Source: an uncultured virus (IMG/VR IMGVR_UViG_3300025000_000001)
Lineage: Duplodnaviria > Heunggongvirae > Uroviricota > Caudoviricetes
DNA length: 64,000 nucleotides
Reading direction: 5' to 3' (one strand)
IMG/VR virus record: IMGVR_UViG_3300025000_000001
How positions within the stretch are numbered: position 1 is the stretch's first letter; every line of letters starts with the position of its first letter. Below, piece by piece: positions 52,665 to 63,924 of this stretch. The position numbers and the translations under genes were made by a program. The notes below the pieces were generated by a model, which worked only from the letters and a program-made list of their open reading frames with translations, was not told the DNA's origin and ran no database searches.

Positions 52665-53171
52665 CTAAACAATATCGAACAGACTAAACATCTCTTGTGA
52701 AAGTTGTTCCGAATGAAAGAATATGTAGGCTTCCTCGTTTTTATCATTGGCGTCTTGAAACATTTCTCTGTGCGTTTCCATCTTTTTTATCTCAGATAGC
52801 CTGCACCAGAATATTTCGTAGTTGTCTTTATCGCCAATGAAGTATACAATTTTCACAGGAACTTTTTCTTTTCTCTGAACAATGTCATAACTGTTGAAAC
52901 TTCTTTGTTTTAATGCCAAAAATCCGCCATGTTTATAGAATTCCCGCCTACTTTTTACCTCTATCAGCAACAGAAGTCTTCCCTTGTTCTCGGATTTGTT
53001 TTCTATATCTGGATATGCTACAAGATATTTTCCGTAATTTTTATGCTGTGCTACAGTTTCGCCATCACTATCCAAACACACGAACTTAACATATTCTCCA
53101 TCACCATAAAAATCAGATAAACGGATTATCTCATCTTCCGCCCAATTTGATTTATTGAATTTATAAGCCAT
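52665..53171 (-). CDS. PD-(D/E)XK restriction-endonuclease-like protein (paralog 5)
   Basis: WAE, YPDIE, LIEVKS, VPVKIVYFIGD, IFWCRL. Confidence 0.7.
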   Translation of the reverse strand: MAYKFNKSNWAEDEIIRLSDFYGDGEYVKFVCLDSDGETVAQHKNYGKYLVAYPDIENKSENKGRLLLLIEVKSRREFYKHGGFLALKQRSFNSYDIVQRKEKVPVKIVYFIGDKDNYEIFWCRLSEIKKMETHREMFQDANDKNEEAYIFFHSEQLSQEMFSLFDIV

Positions 53172-55069
53172 ACTTCTTCTTCTTTTCTTCAATTCTTTTT
53201 GAGCGTTCTTCAATTTCTTTGGGGGTGAGAATATCGGACAACTTTGGTAATTCGTAGTCGTCCAACCCCAATTCCGGATGATTTTTTGAAAAGTCAGGGT
53301 CATTTAATTCGTATGACAAAACCAAGTCTTCATCAGATTCCAATACTGCAACATTTGCGAAAGCGTCAGTTTCATCGGCTTCACGAATACCAGCAGACCA
53401 GGTTAGCTTTAGAATATCCTTGAGCGTATATTTTTCGTAGACTTTATGAATGTTCAACATCTCATACCACTGTTCAAACGTCAACTTTTCCATATTTATC
53501 CTCCTAAAATCAATCACTTATTCTATGATAAAAGGTTTCTTTTGTTTACTTGACTATTTTACCACATTATTTTGTGGTGTCAATAAGGAATTCTCCCTCT
53601 TTCTTAGTGGTGAAATATTCTACAAAGCATCGAGCATTACCGGTAGGAGTTTCGCTTTCATATCGAAAGGTTTCAAAAAACTTAGTTTCTGAATTGTAAT
53701 GAGAAATATCCTTGATGGTATAAGACTTCGCGCTATTGGGGGCGAAATGTTTTGCTTTCGAGTGAAATGATTTCATAATCACATCTAAATCTGCAATTTC
53801 TTGCACACCCAGAACATAATACCAATCCGACATTCTGCCATCAACTCTAATTATCATATGTTTATCCCAACCATTGAAAACTGCCATCAATAGCATCTTC
53901 AAAATTGAGAAATTCCAGAATATCTAGCTCTTCATCGCTGAAGGTTTTGCCACCAACAACAATTTGAAGTTTTTCATCATCTTTACGCATCCAGGTATCT
54001 TCAAAGAGAGTTGACCATTCATCATTCCCAATTGATTTTAAAATTTGAAAAACAGCTTTATACTTAGCATTCTTAATCATTTCAAAACCTCCTCATAAAA
54101 AGAGTATTTCATTTGTTAATCCTCTCGACGACCATAATTATTATAAACGCTGTCTTCTTCAACCCAGGGGGTTCTACAATTTCCACAAGTCCACTCAGCA
54201 CAAGAGCAAGTTCCAATGTGATAAACATCGGGCCAATCAGTCAGAATTTCATCATCTGAATATTCTTCTGCGCCATCAGCCAAGCCATCAGAATTTACCA
54301 TGCGAACTCCATCCTGCATATTTACATACCGCCAGTTATATGCGGAATATTTATTGCAAGCGGCGCAAAATTCTATTTCTTCAAGTTCTACCAGACGATC
54401 AAATACCGCTTTGGTATTGAGAAAAAAATCATCTAAGTCCCAAATTTCCTGCGAAGTCAAAGATGCAATGGTTGTCATTTGATTTACTCCTGTCTGAATG
54501 TTTTATTTATTGAATGTATTATACACCCGATATTTATTCTTGTCAAGAGGGAAATTTATTCATCGTGCTGGGGCTGATCCTATTTGTTTTCTTCGTAAAA
54601 TTTTTTATTGACACTTTTTAGAGCAACAAAATCATCAGGCGAAATTCCTTGAGTCAGCATGGCTGCAAGCAAGAATCCATCAAAGAATTGTTGAGCATAG
54701 TCACTTCGATGATTTGTGTAAATTTTTGACATGTCTTCGACAATATCATCATATGAAAGTTGCATTTCACTCTCCTCTCGCAGCATGTTGGATTGTTGAC
54801 CAGAAATCAAAGATAATTTGCTCCGTAACTGGAATTCCAACATCTGAGAGAAAATCCTTCAGAAGAAGTTCTACGCCAACCCCAGAAACTTTCCACAAAA
54901 GAAAGTTTGCTAAGGCTTGCTTTTGCTCCTCTAGGGGGATTTTCTTATTGGTGAATTCTACAAATCCGTGAACATTGTCATAAAATCGAAGTTTTTCCAT
55001 TTGATTTACTCCTTATTTCTTATACTCAAAGTATAACCGATAACTTCAATCCTGTCAAGAGGTAAAATA

Positions 55070-55101
55070 AAACTGACTAGAAATCAATTCTAGCCAGTTT
55101 A
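55070..55101 (-). terminator. Terminator-like hairpin
   Basis: AAACTGACTAGAA / TTCTAGCCAGTTT, followed by a T-run on the minus strand. Confidence 0.6.
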
Positions 55102-56512
55102 TGTATCAAATTACCAAATTTACAGTAAAACGCCACAAAAGCCTTCCTGGTGGCAAACAGAGGGTGTTTTCGTAAAGTTTTGCATGGGTAAAATGTTATT
55201 TTTACTCAATCGTATCTTCTTCTTCATCCTCTTCAAAAACAAAGGTTGGCAAAATCAGATAAGTTAAATGTTTTGGGGCGCGACCATCCTCTAAGCGTTC
55301 TTGTAAAACCTCGGTAGCACGAACCATACTGACAAATCGCTCCCTACAAGGTTTTGGAAAAACCTCAGAGTTATAACTATCGTGGATAGCACCCCCAAAA
55401 CCTAAATGAAAAATACGATACCAAACATTGTGTAATAGACTATTACGCATTGAAAGCTCCTTCAATAGACTCTGCAAAACTTTCTTTATAATCATCAACC
55501 CAAACTAGCTCCCAAGTTGAACAATTTACAACCCGATATTTAGTATTCTTTTTCGGTTTGCTCTTATAATGCCAGGGCCATCGAATAAGAAATTCCGTAC
55601 AATCTTCATCCAAATAGCCCACAACATCGTTTTTCTTAGCAAGAAGTTTTTTATCATGCTCTGAAACATATTGGGAGCGCAAATTTTCATCAGTTGTTGG
55701 CTCATATCGAACGTAAATTTTCATAATATCGCTCCTAAAAGTCTGGTTTTATTCCGGCCAACCACCGGGTCCAGTTTCCCAACTATTTAAAGTCTTAGGA
55801 AACCGGTAGTTAGTTTTCTTGGACGCTTTCTTCAATCCTTCAATGTTGAAATGATTTTTGGCCGCTTCAAGGGTTACTTCTCGCAAAGTTTTCCCATCCC
55901 AAACATACCATTTAGTTTTAGGGTATATGTTCGCTTCAAAGCGATACCACTCGCTGCCTTCAAACCAAATATCAGTTCCGTATTTATCTAATCCCCAAAC
56001 AAAACTTTTGCCAGCATTCGCATTGATTTCTTCGATGTCGTAAGCAAAATCGGTTTGATGAAACTTGACAGTTTCGGCTACAATTTCAGTCATTTCTCGC
56101 AAAAGTTCTTTGTTCATTTCAATCTCCTTTTCGTTTGATTGAATATATTTTACACCCGATTGGGTTTCCTGTCAAGAGGGAAAACCCAACCAAACCGGCA
56201 TTCCCCAAATTCCAGTGGAGGCATGACGTAAAACGATCAGCAGTAGGGCCACAATCAATAAAAATGCTATAAATGAGAGAGCGGTTTTCATAACTTATTC
56301 CTTTTCCCAAAATCCGGTTTCGATTACAAAAAATTCATCAACTCCTCCGCTAGAAAACATTCCAAATCCTTCGGAATAGTAACCAACGGCTAGGGGATTT
56401 TCCTTCAGAAAAGAAAATACTTCATCTTGAGTCATAATAGCATCTCTGAAATTTGACATATTTTCTGTGGGTACAATTCTAACCAGCATATCAACCTCCT
56501 AAAATGTAGTTT

Positions 56513-56845
56513 TTATTCAATCTCATCCAGATTTGAAATTTTACCCAGAATGTTTTCTACTTCTGTTTCGTTTAGCCATCCCAAAACATCATCAGTAATC
56601 GGAGTAGAATAGTCCAATTCGCCGGTGTGATTGGTTACTGCGAGTTCCCACAAGCCTTTTTCACGCCCATAGGAAAACCGGTGTCTAACCACACTAGCGC
56701 CGCGCCCATTGCTAAAACGAAAAACATACTGAATGCCGCCATGCAAATTATTTTCCTCAGCAAACGGAAATCCAAACTTGATTTTACCATTGACAGCATC
56801 ACAAAAATCATCAAACAATTTATCCGCTTCATCTTGATCAATCAT
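56513..56845 (-). CDS. Conserved phage hypothetical protein
   Basis: F.NG.GASVV....SYG...GLWELAV...TPITDDVLGWL. Confidence 0.65.
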   Translation of the reverse strand: MIDQDEADKLFDDFCDAVNGKIKFGFPFAEENNLHGGIQYVFRFSNGRGASVVRHRFSYGREKGLWELAVTNHTGELDYSTPITDDVLGWLNETEVENILGKISNLDEIE

Positions 56846-57269
56846 TTTATTTTCTCCTAGTAAATTCGTTCTTTTATCTAACTGAATATATTTTACTCGA
56901 TTATTCTTATCCTGTCAAGGATAAGTTTATTCTAGCTCGTATCCCAACTTTCGCAATTCCTCATCACACCACTCTTTTCCGCTTCCTGCTGGCCCAATCT
57001 TCCAGTTCAGATTATCAAAGGAATCACCAGAACATTCAAGATTTCTAATTCGTGGATAAATATCTCCGGCGAAAGCATAGCGATTCGCAACATCTCGATA
57101 ATCGCTTCCCTCTATAACTCGGATTGAATAATACTCATAATTAGGAATTTTCATCCAGGGTGAAAGTTTCATTTTTACCTCCATCAAACCATTGTTTTAT
57201 TCTTCACTAAATATATTTTACCATAGATCGGCAGGGGAGTCAATCCCCAATTTCGAAAAATATTTTCCC

Positions 57270-57560
57270 TTTAATACTATTAAATATATAGTAGTATTAT
57301 ACTATTAGTATTATATATTCTTTTATTAAAGGTATTTAATTAAGTATACTATACTAGTAGTATTAGTATAATTAAAATAGTAGTAGTAGGGGCTGTGGAT
57401 AACTTTTTTGAAAAGGTAAAATCCGCCTAATATACCCCCATATATGGGGGTTAATGCCTGTTTTTAGACACTAACCCCCATATATGCCTGTGGATAACTT
57501 TTGATTTTCTGTGGATAACTTTCTAATAACTGTGGATAACTTTCTAATAACTGTGGATAA
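57270..57560. promoter_or_regulatory. oriC-like replication origin: AT-rich unwinding element, DnaA-trios and five DnaA boxes
   Basis: TGTGGATAA (= TTATCCACA) at 57394, 57489, 57510, 57531 and 57552; (TAG)4 plus a GGGGC spacer next to the first box; about 110-bp AT-rich tract; long intergenic gap. Confidence 0.85.
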
Positions 57561-60500
57561 GTCATCCGGGTAAAACCTCCGTTTTATCAGATGAAAATGG
57601 TCAACTTTGGGTAAAATTGATTTTTTATCCACTGGTAACAGTGTAAAACCATGAACCGATAATTACAGATAGCCCCAATTTCTTTATAGACTTTTCAATC
57701 TCGCTTCCATTCGGAATAATCACAACAATTCTATCTCCAACGGCAGGGGTAATTTTATGCCCGTTGGGAAGTGGATATTTATCGCCCCAGGGAACTTTAC
57801 TTCTGTACTCCGGAAGGCTATACCAGTTATGATCTTCTGCTAAGTAGATTAGTCGCTCTTTCATTTTACCTCCAGGATGTTAGGGAAGTTTTCACCCTCT
57901 CCGAAATCTTGCCAGAACTTGAAATCTGCATATCCCTTAGTTAGCATTTCGCTAACCGGACAAACTACCTGATAATTATCGTGATTAGTCCAGGCTTTTC
58001 CTGCTAAGGTGTGAGAGCCATCGTCTTCAGCAGACTCGCTTTCTACGATGACTATACATTCGCTCAATTGACCTAAAACATCAGCGACAATAACTCCCCA
58101 GCCATTAGTCCAGTATCCTTCAGTCAAATCCCAAAAGACACAATCAGAGCCTTTCTTCTTCAAATCTTCTCGAATTTCTTTCTTTTCAATCCGATCAGCG
58201 ATCAATCGGATTCGCAGAGTTTGACCGTTGTTTTTCTTGATAAATTTTACTTCCATTTTCGTTCTCCTTATTTAGTGATAAATATATTTTACCACAATTT
58301 ATTCTGCTGTCAATAGTGAGTTTTATTCCATTTCAAAGCCGGAATTCTTAGCACAAGAATAACAATAAAACTTTTTGTCTTCAGAGCCATAGTATCTTGC
58401 AACCATTTCACAGAAGGAACACTCCCAAGAATTTATTGGTACAATATGGCTGTGAAGTTTTTTTCCAACAAATTTGTATTTTGATGTGAGCCATAAAAGT
58501 TTTTGAGTCATGTTCTTACTCCTTTATTCATTCGATAAATAAATTATACTACAAATCAATCCTGTGTCAAGAGGGAATTTCCGCCAATAATTTAATATCA
58601 AATTCAGGTTTTATCCCATGACACTACAAGCCATTCTGAGGCTGTTTGGAATAATATACGTCAATTGTATACTATTCAATACAAAAAGCCCCCAGAATCG
58701 TTTCTGGAGGCTTGTAGAGGCATGTTTTTGTATTTCTGCCATTATTCTAAACAAATAAGGCTTGATATTCTGAATCAAAATCAATTACAATTTCAGGTTT
58801 GCCAGCCCACAAATCCCACATCCGGTCTTCAATTTGCCAAATTTCTCCAGGCTGAACTTGCAAATACTCATATCCCTTTCGGAGATTCAATTCAGTCCAT
58901 TCTTTTCCGTTCGGCTGAGGCTTGATCTTTTCGTAGAATGCGCCATCTAATTCTAGCATCAGTTTTTCGGCTTGACTTCGAGAGTTTACATTAACTGAAG
59001 TCACAGAGAGATAACCGTTTTCCTGAATGACTCTAACCGACTGAGGGAATACAACCCGATAGAAATAATCTCGTTTCATCTTACCTTTCCTTATAACCTT
59101 CTGCTACAAGTTTAGAAGTAAATTCCGCCAACCTTTTCTTGTTCTTGAAGATTTTTAGATCAAAGAATTCGCTTCCATCTTTGTGAGTTTTTTCGCCATC
59201 ATGGAAACTAACAGAATATTTGGATGTTCCGATTCCGTATTGGGTATAAAAAACTTTGTTTGAAATGCTCATTTTAGTCATCTCCTAAAACTTGTTTGCA
59301 ATAAGAGTGTAATTCCTCTATTTCGTCTTCTGATAACTTCCTACCGGAATAAGTCATGTTGTAAACCTTCTCGACAATATCCCTAAGATCAGAAGATAAG
59401 GTAATCAGTTCTCCAAGAGTTGAGTCGCTAGAACTTCGGTAAAACCTAATCCAGTCCGTCAAGCTCATTTCGTGTAACTGTTTCATTTTATTTTCCTTCT
59501 TCATCCTCTTGCACTAATCGGGCATTCAAATCCCACACAATCGAATCGATTTCATCGTAAGATTTGGCAGCATAAAGAGCATGTGCCAACTCGGTAGCAT
59601 AATCTGCTACAGCACCAGAACCAAATAGACAATACAAAGCCCTTGCTACATCGTATTTTGTGGTTTCGCGGCTGTCAAATTGATCACTCAGGGGAATAAC
59701 TTCGATTTTGTGTACAGTTTCAATGGTTAAAATTGGTTTCATGCTAATTTTCCTATTCAATCGTAGTGGTATGAATGTTAGTCGCGCCGATATCAAGCAA
59801 ATCTTGATAAAAATTATTGTACTGTTTCGCGCTCCAGGTAGGGACAATCTGCCAACGTTTGCGCCCATCCCTGTCAGTCCATTCAAAACGAGTTTTAGCA
59901 TTCATGGCCCATCTCCTTTATCAAATGTAACTTTTATTCTAATCCGCTTCATAGACCTGTTTAGCGCCGCCGCGACCCAATTTGCCGGATTTTAGAAAAT
60001 TGAAAGAATGCTCTGCAATCCAGTGAGAGTCTGAAGTTAATTCTACATTCGGAATGCCGCCAGGATAAATACGCATTACCCGATCTAAATTCTCTACGGT
60101 CAAGCGATAAATAAAAGCCGCTTTGACTTGCTTTATCTGGTCAGGTGTTAGATTTTCGCCTTTCACTAATTTACCCATTTGATTTAACTCCTGTTTGCTT
60201 ATCTTTTGTTTCTAACTCTTGATATATTATAAACCAAGAGTTTTATTTTGTCAATAGTCAGTTTCGGAAACCTTGAAGATAAAAACTTCAGACCCTTCGC
60301 GATTCCGAACGACTGCCCGATATTCATTGATTCCAATGGATTCTAGGGTAAACTTTCTGGAATAGTTTTCTTCAATATATTCACTGATTGAAAACACTAC
60401 ATCGTCCGTTGTTGAAAACTTATCCAGCGAAATTTCAGCATAGTAAACTTCAACTTGTGTCATGTTTTCCGCCATTATTTAGATTGTAGCAAAGAAATCC

Positions 60501-62764
60501 GCAAACTTGCAGAGAGTATTGTAAGTTCCAACGGACATTCTAACTCCGGTATTAGGGATTCCAGTCCGCAAATACCAAGCGTAAATTTTCAAATACCACT
60601 TTGAGAGTAATTTACGTTCAGCAGGTGTAAATTGGGCCAAAAATTCACGCTTACCGCGTCCATAATTTTTGTGGTCGTAAGTTTCAACAATCACAAAGAG
60701 GCGTTTAATATAATCAGAACCAAAAACAGTGACGGTTTTTACACCGCGAAAGTCTACTTGTGGATCGTCTTCATCACTCCGCAAATATTGGAGGGTTTCA
60801 TCGTTCATGTAGAAATTATTCATAACGTCATTCAGGACAGTTTGTTTACCCATTTTTATCTCCTTATCGTTTGATAATTCAATTATATCATATATTCGCC
60901 AGAATGCAAGGTTAAAAGGGCATCAATTTTCCGCCAATATTTACCATAAACAGGCATTCATAATTTCGACGGCTGATTTCAAGGTAATGATACCATCCGA
61001 ATCATATTTAATTCCAGAATCAGATGTATAGTCCAGAAAGAAATCTTTAGAGCGGATTAACGGCAAAACATCCGAAGGGCTAAGTCCCTTGTTTTTCGCC
61101 TTAGTATACCCGATGATGTATCCCCTAATTTCCGCTTTTAATTCATTTGATAAAGTTAGCATGTTTTACTCCTTTTTACTCCTAATTTCCGCCATAAAAT
61201 AGCATTTTTAGATATGTGTACCAGAAGGGTTAAACTCTTTTTCTTTTCCTTCACCCTTCTTAATGGCGTAGTTTATGATCTTCTTCATTTCTGCTAAAGT
61301 TCCGACAAATGGGGGATATGAATTGTAAACAGAATCTTTGCGAAAGAATAAAAACCAATCTCCAGTTAATGAATTCTGTACAATCTCAATACCCTTATAG
61401 TCTACCTTGTTTTGCGCCATGATTACTCCTTGAACATCCGATCAAAGTAGATTTGTGAAACTTCAAATTTCCAGTCTTCAGACTGAGAATCAAGCCAGTC
61501 TCTAAAATACGCCATAGAATCAAGTTTGGTTGCATTCTCTGTTAGTGGCCCTTCAGCATAGCAGAGATTGAAAAGTTCTTCTAGCACATCGTTATATTCT
61601 TCAGGTGAGATATCCATTTTTGCTCCACTAAATGACAGTTTTATTATCCGACTTTGACAAAAATCTTGACAGTTCCCATTGCTGGATTTATCGCCATTAA
61701 TTCAATTCGATAACGAATTTCGTTATCACCAACAATTAAATCTCCGGCAAAAATTGCCATTTCTTCACTGGTAAAATGTTCTAAAAATCCGACAAAATTT
61801 GAAGTTTCAAATCCGTTTTCGTAAAATAAAATCTTCATTCCGTTTACTGAAGTCATTTTTTATTTCCTTTCTACTATGATTATACCGCGATTTGCGCCTA
61901 CGTCAAGAGTCAATTTCTGCAAAGTCACTGAAAGCCCATTCAACCCACTTGTTAAACATTTCATCCCACTCTGCCGGGTCATCTGGAATTCTGATTCCTT
62001 TTTCTGCGTACCATGCTAAGGCGTGGTCGTTCATTGTCGTTTTTGAGTTGTCCATTTTGCGCCTATGTCCTAAAAACAAAGATGACTATAGAATTTCACG
62101 GCATAACTCAGGCTTGAAAATTCTTTAACTGTTTTTCCATTGATATTTAATCGAAAAACCTGATAATTCGAGAGATAGTCTTCAATTACAAAAACGTGGA
62201 AAAGTTCTTTATTACCATATTGATTAGCTTCAGCCGCCAGAAGTACACTATATTCACCCGACAAATCGTTATACTCAGTCATTTTTTAGCTCCTATTTTT
62301 CCGCCATAAAATACTTCTTTGATTATTCCGACTAAAACGATCAGAATTCCCCCTAAAATCCTGATTTTATTAATCTAAAGCCTTCGAAATTGCCATGCGC
62401 GCGGCAGTTTTCAAAATACAAGTTTGCCCGGCCTGAGTCAAGAAATCTCCGCATTCCTTTAATTCTTTGCCGGTTTTCCCCCAATTTAGACGCATTGCCA
62501 AATTATCCCAAGAATTCAACGGGATATTATTCAGGTGTGCATCAGTTTTGAATTTAGATTCCAGATTTTCAATTCCAAAGTTTGAGACAACGGCAGAAAC
62601 GAATTTTCCGGCAAATTGCTCATAATACTGGTTGAAATTGCATTCCTGACTCAGATATTGTTTTCGCGTGTACATTTTTGTCTCCTTAGATTTCTGTTTC
62701 TACCATACTCCAATTTCTTCTTAAAGTATAGCAGATTTTTGGTATATGTCAATGGTGAACTTTG

Positions 62765-63238
62765 CTAAAAATCGAAGTTGTCCCAACCTTTAGCGCCTTC
62801 CCATTCTGGAAGGCGGCGAATTGCCCAGTCCTTAATCCATTCGAGAATTTTCTTGGCTTGCGATTTCTCCCAACCTTCAAACTCACAACTCTGGTAATCA
62901 ATGCAGGAAATAGCCTTCAGGCATTCAATGGATGAAATCTTTGGGGTGAAAACAAACTCATAAGGATGTGTAGAAACAGAACTATTGTACAAATCGTTGA
63001 CGCTTTTATAATTCGCCTTAATCAAAACTTCGCCCAATTTCTGCAAATCTTTAACGTTGTCAAAATTGTAAATCTTGCGCCCCAGACGAATCCGATAAAG
63101 ATTGTGGGCATTTGACCAAGATAAAACGGCGTTGATCGTAGAATCCTGTACAATGAATGCGCTCATTTCTAAAATTCTCCTTTTATTATCTGAATTGGTT
63201 ATAAATTTTACTCTATCGAAGTTCCAAAGAGTATCCAT
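62765..63238 (-). CDS. Conserved phage hypothetical protein
   Basis: LI.AN..SVN..Y and LKAI.C.DYQSCE...W..S.A; the true start may be the ATG at about 63166. Confidence 0.6.
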   Translation of the reverse strand: MDTLWNFDRVKFITNSDNKRRILEMSAFIVQDSTINAVLSWSNAHNLYRIRLGRKIYNFDNVKDLQKLGEVLIKANYKSVNDLYNSSVSTHPYEFVFTPKISSIECLKAISCIDYQSCEFEGWEKSQAKKILEWIKDWAIRRLPEWEGAKGWDNFDF

Positions 63239-63332
63239 GCTAGATTCCGACTTATGAATTGCCGGACAAAGGGATTTGTTACCCTTCAGAACTTCTAACA
63301 GTAAACTTTATTCTTGAATATAGTTTACTTGA

Positions 63333-63638
63333 TTATTCCGAAATTGTCAATACCCAATTTTCGGGTAGATTGTCCTCTATTCCATATGCCCAATTCGCAC
63401 TATTTTCCTCTTCATCATCATAAACGGCGCAAACTTCAAGGTAAGTACCAAAATCATGGGGAAAAGATTTAATAGTGAAATATCCAATTACATCTTCTGG
63501 CGTAGGAAACAGAGACTCTAACAGTGATTTGAAACGGCGCGCCTCCTCTAGCATTGCGGGCATATAGTTTTCTTTGTCGGTAACACAAACACAGTTTTCG
63601 TTAACCGGGGAAGTTCCAAGAGTGATATAATCTCGCAT
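63333..63638 (-). CDS. Conserved phage hypothetical protein
   Basis: MRDY..LG..P..E.C, KSFPHDFGTYLEV and E..LPE.W. Confidence 0.65.
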   Translation of the reverse strand: MRDYITLGTSPVNENCVCVTDKENYMPAMLEEARRFKSLLESLFPTPEDVIGYFTIKSFPHDFGTYLEVCAVYDDEEENSANWAYGIEDNLPENWVLTISE

Positions 63639-63685
63639 GATCAAAATTCCTTTTATCCTTATCTGTTTTATTTTTCGATGATTGA

Positions 63686-63714
63686 AGTATAAGCGATATC
63701 TTTTGTTTTGTCAA
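63686..63714 (-). promoter_or_regulatory. sigma70-type promoter (leftward)
   Basis: TTGACA-17 bp-TATACT on the minus strand. Confidence 0.8.
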
Positions 63715-63864
63715 GCGGTTTTATAAACTCATTTTATACCAGTTTTACGCCCAAAAAAGCTAAAATCAGTCTGTTTTGAGCGCATAAATCGCTTATTTCA
63801 TTTATGTTTAACGCCGGTTTTTGTCGGTAAAATAGACCAGGTTTATCAGATTTGAAAAAAAGAC

Positions 63865-63892
63865 TTGACATTATAGGCGATTTGTGTATAAT
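63865..63892 (+). promoter_or_regulatory. sigma70-type promoter (rightward, divergent)
   Basis: TTGACA-N16-TATAAT with an extended TG. Confidence 0.8.
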
Positions 63893-63924
63893 ATGATCAT
63901 ATTCAATAAACAGGAGAAACGATC

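Larger units (their letters stand above)
52432..62675 (-). other. Array of small co-oriented hypothetical genes (probable early / host-takeover region)
   Basis: About 30 ORFs of 60-130 aa, many with AGGAG RBS; a TTGACA-type promoter every 1-3 genes. Confidence 0.7.

Noticed and set aside
57488..57561. 21-bp tandem repeats as a CRISPR array or Rep iterons
   Set aside because: There are no unique spacers, and the conserved core is exactly the DnaA box
134..62128. Many plus-strand ORFs in the track (e.g. 895-1425, 19980-20414, 23348-23878, 32234-32716)
   Set aside because: They are antisense shadows of well-supported minus-strand genes and show no recognisable motifs
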